64,000 bases of DNA from positions 3,797,706 through 3,861,705 of the forward strand of contig CAJINV010000001.1 in the NCBI GenBank assembly GCA_905178155.1, given 5' to 3'. The position numbers and the translations under genes are program-made. This document shows positions 46,360 to 56,600 of this stretch, in pieces; positions within the stretch are counted from its first letter, which is position 1, and each line of letters opens with the position of its first letter. The stretch is from Amoebophrya sp. A120 (lineage: Eukaryota; Protista; Dinoflagellata). The notes beneath the pieces are model-generated. The model was given only the letters and a program-made list of their open reading frames with translations. It made no database searches and was not told the DNA's origin.

Positions 46360-49300
46360 ATGGCAGCTCGAACCTCGGTGGGCAACCCGAACCTGGACCC
46401 CGCGGGTGCCGCGCTCGGCGCCGTATCACACAGAAAAAAGCTGGCAGGGCATATTTGTAATGCAAAAATAAATACACAGAAAAACCTGCCATGGGCGGGC
46501 TCATAGCATGCTATTTAGGATATGCAATACAAATTTTTTTGTCTATTTATTTTTGCATTACAAATATGACCTGCCAGTTTTTTTCTGTGTGATACGCCGA
46601 GGCGTTTGCCCACGAGCCGCTGGATTTCCACCACTTGCTCGGCGGGGGGCAGAAGGATGGCGAGGCGGAGAAGCCGGTGCTCTACTTCGACTGGAACTGG
46701 CGCAGCTTTCTGCCCAGGTCCGGCACCTTCCACAAGATGCGGCACAAACTGTGGCAGAAGGACATGGCGGGCCGGGACGTGTCCACGCGGTTGCAGCGCA
46801 AAGAGTGCTGGAAGCGGTACGGGAAGAGCATGCATTTTCTGACGCTGGAATTCGACCAGACCCCCGAGGACCGGGAGCGGGCGAAACGGTTGAACCCGAG
46901 TGACGTGGAACATAAGGAAGTCACCGAGGAAGATTTTTCCGAGGACTACGTGCGCCGAAACAAACACGCGGTGGAGATCGGCAGTTTGCTGCTCATATGG
47001 ATTGCAAAAGTATTCGTACTTGTAAGTACGTAATTGCAGCTATGCATGACAAATCGGGACTCTTAGGTGAATCAGCATTACAAATTCAGTTTTTCCTTCT
47101 GGAAAAATTTGTAATGCTATTCCTGCTACTAGAGCTAGTGCGATACTTTTGCAATGCATAGCTGACGCTGTTCTTCGCGGTCTGGCACCTGCTGAACACG
47201 TTTTTCTTCACGGACACGACGCAGCCGCTCGGACGGGAGCCGCTCCTGGCCGTCTGGCCGATGTTCTTCGTGATGTGGTCCTGCCAGTGCTTCTTCCGCG
47301 AGGCGGTTCTCCGCCACTTCCAACTCTTCCTGTTCTTCTTCGCGATCATCGGGTTTTGGCTCATCAAGTGGCTCGCGGTCAATTACGGGTGTTCCGCGCA
47401 CTACGACTTGCACCAGGAACTCCGCTCTCTGTACGAGCGGCACCAGTCGAGTTTTTGGAGCCGCGTGCACAGTTTTTTGAGCTACTTCTCCCTGGATTTC
47501 CTCTCCAGCCTCGGCCTCTCGTTCGTGTCCGCCTTCGGCGCGGTGGGCGACGACGAGGGCCGGTTGAAGCGGCAGCAGGCCGCCATCAACCAGCGGTTAG
47601 CACTGCAGCGTCACCAGCACGGCGGGCGAAACGGCAATCAGCACGCGATGGCCGCCGCGGCCGCGGCGAACTGGGTCCGCTACACGGAGCAACTCGCGAA
47701 CCTGATGCAGGGGTGCGACGAGCCCGCGACCAGTTCCATGGACGCGGAGGCCTCGACGCTGATCTTTCTGATCATCCAGGTGTCCGTCTACCGGCTCCGC
47801 TTCATCTACCTGCTGGGGGCGGTGTTGTGGTGCTTCGTGATCGACTTCTACATCTACGCGCCCGAGGAACCGGAGCGGGTGAGCCGGTCCAGCTTCGACA
47901 TCGACAACTACGCGCGGGGCGAGAAGAGACGGTACTACGGCGACGGGACGGGGGCTTTGCTGGAAGAATATCCGGTCCGGGACGAAAGGGGAAACACCAT
48001 CACGCCGTTTGTCCTGACGTCGAACAGCCGGATCGACGTCGTATGCACAGAAAAAAACCCATCCACATCCAATTTTTCATGCAAAACACGTATATCAAAT
48101 CATGTGTTTGTCATGCAAAAAATGGATGTGGATGGGTTTTTTTCTGCGGATACGTCGCGAACAACTACTACAGCGACCCGCGGGACTTCCTGAACATTTT
48201 GTGGGGCATGGTGTCGCACCCGCAGGGCCAGAGCTTTTTGTTCGTCGCCGGATTGCTGCTCGCTTTATCCTATACCATGGAAGTACTACAAAGGAAGGAC
48301 TACATCCAGGCCACCATGGTGTACCGGGAAAGCATGCGGTCGGGGCAGCTGCTGCAGAACATCCTGTATGCATTGCAAAAGTATCGTACTAGTATAAATC
48401 GCATGACAAATTAGCTGAGCATGAGAAACGGAATTTGCCATGCTGATTTGCCTTGGGATGGAGATTTGTAATGCATGACTGCGATAATTACTACGAATGC
48501 GATACTTTTGCACAGAACATCCTGCCCCCCCGGATCATCGACCGGCTGAAGGAGTTATGCACTGCAAAAGTACCGTACTAGTATAAATTGCATTACAAAT
48601 TAGCCCAGCATTACAAATTTAAGTTGTAATGCTGATTTATCTTGAGAACGAGATTTGTAATGCTAATGCATAAATGCAATTACTACGAGTACGATACTTT
48701 TGCATTGCATAGGAGTCCCACGCCGCGACCTCGGCCAGCTACGACCAAGTGAGCATTCTCTTCTCGCACGTCGAGGGGTTCCACGACTTCAGCATGGAGC
48801 TGGACCCCCAGGACTTGGTGAATTTCCTGAACCAGATGTTTTCGCAGTTCGACCGCATTTGCGACGACAACCAGGTGGAGAAGATCAAGACCATTTATCT
48901 ACAAAAAACATCCATAATTCTCCCCTTCCAATTTGTCATGGAAAACATGAAGCATCGCCTGCATTTGTCATGATGCTATTAAAGAAAGTACATCATGGGG
49001 ACGATGGTTTTTTTTTTTCTGTGGATACGATTGGCGACGGCTACATGGCCTGCGCCGGGCTGCCCGAAGACAACCCCGTCCACGCGCACGCGATCGCGCG
49101 CTGCGCTTTGTCCATGGTCATGCTGGGGCGGCAGGGCTACTTCCCGCACCCGAAGAACCCGGACCACACGCTGGATATCCGGATCGGGATCCACTCCGGC
49201 TCCTGCGTCGCGGGCGTGATTGGCCAGCGGAAATTCGCCTTCGACATCTGGGGCGACGCGGTGAACACCGCCAGTCGCATGGAGTCCAGCGGCAAGGCGG

Positions 49301-52276
49301 GGTACGTGCAGTGCAGCGACGTGACGCACGCCTTGATTTGCGAGGACTTCGAGTGCGCCACCGACGGCGCGAAGCTGGTGAAGGGCAAGGGGTGGATGAA
49401 CACCTACTACGTGCTGCGGCAGTACAACCCGCGCAAGCACTACACAGTGGCCAAGTGGGAGGAGCTTCACACCAGCCGGCTGGCGGACGCGCTACAGCAG
49501 GCCCGGAACCACTTGCCGACCGCGAGCATCAACTACCTGATCTCCACCTTTGCCCAGATGCTGCGGCACGGGGGCCCGGGCGACAACGAGGACGCGCGGA
49601 TCAAGAGCTTGTACGAGTTCAACTCCTTGACCCGGGAACAGCAGGAGGCCCTGGTGGTCACGGAATACATGAACGCGCTGCCCACCCCCGAGCAGCTCTA
49701 CGGGCCGGACGCCGGGCGCCACTTCGGCCTCAATCGCGAAGCCTTTCATATGCGGAGAACGAGGAAGTGGGGCGGCGTACCGAGTTTCTACCGTCGAAAT
49801 CATACGAGCGGTGCTGGTGGAGGTGGACCTCCAGGTGGTGGTGGTGGTCCTGACGACGATGGGGCGGCCGGTCGGGGAGGTAGACGAGGGGGAGGAGGAA
49901 GCACGGCGAGGACCAACCAGGGGAGTCGAACGCCGGAGGGACGACGCGGAGGATCACGAGAGGGCATGTGGAAAGAGAATAATGTGCAGGGCGGGCCGGA
50001 TTTTTATCATGTCGATGATCCCACAGGCAGGGGCGGTGGAAATCCAAATTATCGCGAACTGCTGTTGAACGAACATCATGTGGAGCAGGCTCCGCAAAGT
50101 AACGGTTTCTTGCCACGCTTGAGCAGCAGTTGCGTGAATGGCAGAGATGAACTAGAACAAAGACAGAGAACCACGGAACAGGATTACTACGCCTCCAACG
50201 GGGGCGGGGGCGCCATAGAAATGCAAACCTTTCACCGACGCCACACGGGGGGACCTCCTCCGGGTGGAACAGGTCCTGGCATGATCGATTACGGTGGTCC
50301 AGATCATTACCACGGGCACGGTCACGAGAAACAGCAGGCAGCGCGACTTCTCGACCACACAGGCGGCGGGGCGGCTGGAGACGCCGGCTTTCGACAGATC
50401 GGACAAGAAATAAACCTTCATCACGACGCATTCACCTCCGAGCAAAGGAACAAATCGACCGACAAAAACATGAAAGAGAGAAGCAGGGGCACCAACAGCA
50501 GAATCGCCACACAAGATCGCCACCAGGTCGTTTACGGAGGTGGCCCGCCCCGTGCGATTGAATTGGCAAACATGAACATGTCGATTGGGGAACAAAGCCC
50601 CAGCAGGGTGACGTCTTCGAGCCGCCGAACCTACGGACCGCCGGCGATGGAGATGTTTTTCCAGGAGGACGACATACATCCCGGTGGCGCCTTCGAGTAT
50701 TCGAACCCTTTTGAAGCAGCCGCCGTTCCTCTTCCTGACGGCAGCAGGGAGGGGAGTAGATCGCGTCCGCAGGAGGGCCGTGTAGAGCGCGAGATGCTCG
50801 TCTCGCGCGCGAACAGACCGGTTCATGCGCAGGCAAAGGACCAGGTATTCTATTCAGATACAAACTTCACAAAACAATAAATCAATGTGGGATGAAAGCA
50901 GCTGTTTATGATTTTCTGTACTACTACTACAGTCATTCTTGCGCCGCGATGGATGAACAAGCACTTCACGACTTTGATATGATGTTGGCGTTAGCTTCAA
51001 TCGCACGTCGTGTCGCAGGTTCTCAAGACGCAAGAAAGAAACGCACTCTACTTTATTTTTTCCGCAATGAAAAAATCTTCTAACGAACTCCCAGTCACGT
51101 CACAAACATGGAGAGCACCATTTTGCGGCAGAGGAGCAAGACATGCAGGAGCTGCGGAAAAGACAGGACCACCACCACGCTCACAAACTTGGGGAGGTTC
51201 TGCAAGCCGCGGCGCTCGCGGCGCGTCTCGAAGATATCCGGTTGGCGCAACAACTACAACAGCAGCAAAATTATCCTACAGCGAGCGGCGCTAGAAGTAG
51301 TCGCGAGCAACCGCATGTTGAACAGGAACAGCGACATCAGCAGTTGATGCAAGAACAGCAAGGGGCAAGCTATCGCTCCAATGCCTCAAGCGCAGACGAC
51401 TCTGCTGCCGTGCCGCGCGATCGGAGAGTCCACGCGAGCTCGTCGGAGACGTGCCACTTTGGCGTTACAGCAGATAGGAGTACGACTGAGGAGAAGAACA
51501 AGAACATGCAGGACGAGAGTGTCGCAGCTTCTCCTCCTGCTGCTTCCCTGATGTTGCCTCCAGTAGGCCGCGACCCGGGAGCGGGCTCCTCCTACCATAA
51601 CGATCCTTCCATGGTTCAACGTCAGCAGCGGCTGCAAACAGCACGAGGACAAGAGGAAGACCATTCGCGTGTTGGAGGAGGACCTTTTCATCTGCCAGGA
51701 GGAGGTGCCGCCCCCCGTGCTGGTCAACCCCGGCAACACTTGCACGTCTCCTCACATCACGCCAGCATCCCCAGCCTGCTCTCAGATCTGGGTGGGGAAA
51801 AAACTACATCAGGAAGTGGTGATCTTCGAGATGGCCGCGCTGCAGCTCTTGTTCAGGAGCCCCGCCAATTACTACATCAAAACGTTGCCAGGAAGGTGGC
51901 GCCGGGAGGTGGGGGTGCAGCAACTTCTACATCTGTGAGGATAAATGCGAATCTTCTAGATAGAAGTAGTTCTGGTTCTCCAGTAAGGCGGCAACACTTC
52001 GCAGAGCTAGAGTCGCTGGGGCCTCGAGAGTTCCAGGTGATGGAGCGGCGAACGACCTCCGAGAGGAGGACAAGTCGGGAGCAGAATCGAAAACGGATCG
52101 CCGACGTGGCTGGTCTCTCGCCCGAAGGTGCAGCCGCGGCGAGCATGGAAGCAATTCAGCGGAAGCAGCGCCTGGCAGCTGCGGAAGCGAGGGCGACGCA
52201 GGAACGGACTCGAGGGGGCGTATCGGAAAAGCGGGCGAAGCAAATGATGCAGGAAGCAAAAGACACAGATAGGTAG
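46360..52276 (+). CDS. Multi-TM class III nucleotide (adenylyl-type) cyclase with long low-complexity tail; six introners plus probable GT-AG intron 50845..51094
   Basis: Spliced product: TM region, then LLQNILPPRIIDRLK, VSILFSHVEGF, EKIKTIGDGYM, IRIGIHSG, FDIWGDAVNTASRMES. Joining the 51095..52276 exon is less certain. Confidence 0.85.
46424..46594. mobile_element. Introner/MITE, family D
   Basis: ~60-bp TIR beginning TATCACACAGAAAAAA.CTGGCAGG. DR CGCCG. Confidence 0.92.
46996..47160. mobile_element. Introner/MITE, family B
   Basis: TATGGATTGCAAAAGTAT ... ATACTTTTGCAATGCATA. DR GCTCA/GCTGA. Confidence 0.88.
48042..48152. mobile_element. Introner/MITE, family D-like; near-complete palindrome
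   Basis: TATGCACAGAAAAAAACCCATCCACATCCA ... TGGATGTGGATGGGTTTTTTTCTGCGGATA. DR CGTCG. Confidence 0.92.
48367..48519. mobile_element. Introner/MITE, family B (degenerate right tip)
   Basis: TATGCATTGCAAAAGTATCG ... CGATACTTTTGCACAGAACA. DR TCCTG. Excision gives QNIL|PPRII. Confidence 0.88.
48556..48711. mobile_element. Introner/MITE, family B
   Basis: TATGCACTGCAAAAGTACCGTACTAGTA ... TACGAGTACGATACTTTTGCATTGCATA. DR GGAGT. Confidence 0.92.
48896..49027. mobile_element. Introner/MITE, family D-like, short degenerate TIR
   Basis: TATCTACAAAAAA ... TTTTTTCTGTGGATA. DR CCATT/CGATT. Excision restores KTI|GD. Confidence 0.88.
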
Positions 52277-53600
52277 CAAAAGCAGAGAAGGCGGCTCCTG
52301 TGCCAGCAGCCGCTTTTAACGATAGCATCTATGCTCATGGTGCAACTACGTCTGTGTCTGTGTGTGTCACGATCTTTTTGCACCAGATGATGAAGATCAA
52401 GACTCTATTTCCTTTCCATCCGCCGTCTTTTACTTTTTTGCCGTTGGACGAAACATTTTCGTAGAGCAGCCATCAATAAAAACAAAAAGAAAATGAAAAT
52501 CACAACTACCCTCAATGCGAGCGAAAATCTCCTTGATGCATACGACTATAACACCTAAAAACGAGTACGAGCACCCGTTGTATTTGCGAAAGACACACAA
52601 CATCTTGCCCCGTCGAGAGAGAAGCCGTTCTGTTCCGAGTACCAGGAGCTGCTACCCTGTTGTTGCACATAGGGAAACCAAGCAAAGTTTCCGCATATTA
52701 GCTTTAAAAAACGCGACTCGATCGAGTTTCCTACTAAAAACAGGTCCACTAGTTCATTCTGTATGTCGCCTACCCAATGAAATGGAATATCCCCACCAAA
52801 AGACAATTTCTTGAATTTTAGTGATATATACGCAGTCAGAATCAATAAGATTAAGATTAATATGGCACCTCCACCATCCACTTGCACTTGCAAGATTTTC
52901 CGATCGCGATCTTGACCGCAAGCGCCATGCATCAGCCTACGCAACTCCCTCTCGCGCCGAGAAGCAAATTGCTTCCTTCAACAAGATCCGCCCTGTTTGC
53001 TGTTCGCAGCATGCACACTATGATGATGAAATGACGAGTTTTATTGCGAGGACTTCATGCACAAGTCAAATAGAAACACAATCATCGACATTCGCAATGC
53101 GGGGGTGGGACACTAAATTCTAACTCTGATATTCAAGAACGTCGCATGTTGAATCTCCGAAAGAAATCAATCCACTTTACACAGTTCATAGTGCAGCAGG
53201 AGTGGCCTGAGGCTGCAGCTGCCATAATGGAGGGCGCAGTTTCGGTGTAGGATGGGCACACTTGTTTTTAGATTTTTGCCTAAAGTAGTTGGGTTTTGCC
53301 TCTTGGCCACAAGTAGTATTAGATATTTGTACACCTTCCGCAGCATGTAGCTAACAGTAATTCCTTGGATTTTCTCTACGCATGTGCACTGCCCCTTAAT
53401 ACGACCGTTTGAAGAATAAATTTTTAGAATTCTTCCGTATTGGTTGAACATGGTGAAATTACTAGCGCTTTGCTGATTTTTTTACACGACATCTCCCCCT
53501 TGCGACTCGCTTGTCACTTCTACCTAACCTTATTTGTCCCCACCAAGAACGCATAAAGAAAAAATTCGTGGCACATCAACTTGAAAATAAATTTCGCGAA

Positions 53601-56600
53601 ATGTTCTCCCCCGAACACTTTTTCGGGAGCCTCTTCGGTGGAGGGGCCCCACAAGGCTTTCCCATGCCCGGCGGGCATCCACAAGGAGGTCCGCGATTTC
53701 ACAACCCCAGCACATCAAGTAGCAGCCGCCCGCGGCCTGACGGGTACGTACCCCCGGCGAGCAAACGAGCCATCGCAAATTTACCGGACGTGGTGATTAC
53801 GAAACGAGATTTGGCGCTCGACGAAAACAAGACTTGTATCATCTGCTTCGAGGACCAGCAACTCTCCGGCACCGGGGCCAAGTTGCCCTGCGGACACATC
53901 TTCTGCCGGGACTGTATAGGAAATTTTCGCATTTGTTTACATGTTAAAGTACTATACTAGCAACCACCTCCCGATAACCAAAAAATCACTAGAAGCTCCA
54001 CAACCTCGACAAACATCACACAAATTCAAAACCCCCGGGGGACCCTTGAGGGCGCGAACCGGCGCGCAAGCCCAAGCAGGCACTCGGGCGCCTTTGTCTT
54101 CCGGCGTTCTTATTTCCCTCACCCTGGGCGTGGCAGGCTAGGCGCGCTCCTAGCCTCTAGCCCTAGCGGCCTGCCTAGCCTCTAGCCCTAGCGGCCTGCC
54201 TAGCCTCTAGCCCTAGCGGCCTGCCTAGCCTCTAGCCCTAGCGGCCTGCCTAGCCTCTAGCCCTAGCGGCCTGCCTAGCCTCTAGCCCTAGCGGCCTGCC
54301 TAGCCTCTAGCCCTAGCGGCCTGCCTAGCCCGCCGGCACAGCCGGACCCCAGCCCGTCCTACCGCAGGGGTGCGCTGAGTTGGCAGCTTTTGAGTGCGCT
54401 TCTGGCGAGGCCCTTGTCATCGCCCCACCCCCTTGGCCGCGCAAGTCCCGCTGCCTGCTTTCCTTCGATAATCGCTTCCGATTGTTTCTTGCTTGGGTTG
54501 GGCCTTTTCCTTTGTGTTTCTTTTCTTTCCCGGCGTCCTCTTCGGTTTGCATTGGGATTGGGGCCAGTGCCTTTGCGCTTCTGGCGATCGAAGCACGCCG
54601 CCCCACTCCTGCGCAAGCCCTGCGCGCTTTCCTTTTGGAGGGGGCCCCGACTGTTTTCCGGGTTGGGCTTTTTCGTTTGTGGCTTCGTTTCTTTCCTTGG
54701 GAACCAACGCGCCGCAGAATGGCGAGCGCATGGGCCGGGGTTTTTCTCCCCGTCTCCCCGATGCAGGCTCGTGGTGTGGTGTTGCAGGGGGCCGCGCAGC
54801 GCATTTCCCACTCATCCCAGGTGCATTTTCCCAGTGGAATGGCCCCAGCTGCTTTGGTCCTTCTCCCAAGCCAGCTCGTGGCGTGGCGCTGCCGGGTGCC
54901 CCGCCGCGCATTCGTGCGCGCCTTAGGCTTACTCCTCGCGGCCGAATGGCTCCGGGTGCTTTGTTTTCTCCATCTCCGCAGCTGGCCCGCCGTTGCTGGT
55001 CTCTCTGCCATGGCTGGTCCGCCGCGGCTGGTCTCCCTGCCGTAGCTGGTCCGCCCTGGAAGGTCTGCCGGTGCAGGTCTGCCACAGGTGCTGGTCTGCC
55101 GTGGCAGGTCGGCCACGCACTGCTACTGCTGGCCCGCCATGCATGGCAGGTCTGCCACTGGTTGGTCGGCCACTGACTGGCGGTTCGCCATGGCAGGTCT
55201 GCCGCAGCTGGCCCTCTGTGGTGGGTCCGCCGTGGCTTGTCTGCCATCGCCATGGTAGGTCTGCCACAGCTGCTGGCCCGCCGTGCCCGGTCTGCCACAG
55301 TTGGCCCGCCGTGGAAGGTCGGCAGCAGCTACTTTTCCGCCGTGGCTGGTCTGTCATGCGTGGCTGATCTGCCTCCGCTGGTCCGCCATGGGAGGTCTGC
55401 CACAGCTGCTGGACTGTCATGGCAAGCCTGCCACATCTGCTGGTCTGCCGCTGCTGGTCCGCCGGGCGTGGCAGGTTGCCCACAGCTGCTGATCCGCCGG
55501 GGCTGGTCTGCCATTGCTGGCCCGCCGTGCCCTTGGCAGGTCTGGTCGGTGCCACCGCTGGCCCGCCATGGCACTTCTGCCGCAGCTGCAGATCCGCCAT
55601 GGCTGGTCCGCCCTGGAAGGTCTGCTATGGCTGCGGGTCTGCCGGTCCAGGTCTGCCACCCACCTCCGCTGGTCTGCCGTGGCTCGTCGGGCACGTACTG
55701 CTGGTCCGCCATGCATGGCAGGTCTGCCACTGGCTGGTCGGCCATTGGTGGTCCGCCATGGCGTGCCTGCCCCAGCGAGCTGGTCTGTTGTGGCTGGTCC
55801 GCCGTGGTTGGTCCGCCGTGCGTGGCTGGTCCGCCGCGGTTGGTCCGCCGTGGCTGGTCCGTTGTGGCCGGTCTGCCGCGCGCAGTTGGTCCCTCCGCCG
55901 TGCCTGGTCTCTCTGCCACAGCTGTTCCGCCATGCGTGGTAGGTCAGCCACAGGAGTTGGTGGGCCTCAAAATGGAAGGTCTCACTCTCTGCCACAGCTG
56001 CTGGCTTGCCGCGGCTGGTCTATTATGGCTTGCCTGCCGTGGCTGGTCTGCCGCGCGCTGCTGGTCCGCCATGCATGGCAGGTCTGCCATGCCGGTCCGC
56101 CGTGGCCGGTCTGCCATGGCAGGGCTGCCACTGGTGGTCCGCCATGGTAGCTGTGCGACAGCTGGACTGCCGTGGCTGGCCCCCCATGCGTGGCCGGTCT
56201 GCCATGGCTTGTCTGCCGTGGCTGGTTTGCCACGCACTGTTGGCCCGCCATGCATGGCAGTTCTGCCACTGGTGGTCCGCCATGGTAGGCGTGCCACGCA
56301 CTCCCAGCTGGTCCGCCCTGGCTGGCCTGCCGTGCGTGGCAGGCTGGTCTGCCATGGCAGGTGAGGTCTGCCACGCACCGTTGGCCCGCCATCCACAGCT
56401 GGTCCGCCATGGCAGGTCTGCCGCAGCTGTTGGCCCGCGCCGCCACGGCTGGGCTACCATGCATGGTTGGTTGGTGGGTCTGCGAGGGCTGGCCTGCCGT
56501 TGCAGGTCTGCTACTTGTTGCTGGCCCGCCATGCGTTGCAGGCTGGTCTGCCATGGTAGGTCTGCCACAGCTGCTGGCCCGCCGTGGCGGGTCTGCCACC

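Noticed and set aside
51143-52276. Separate gene downstream of the cyclase
   Set aside because: A phase-0 GT-AG intron (50845..51094) joins it in frame to the cyclase tail. Treated as the last exon, though unproven.
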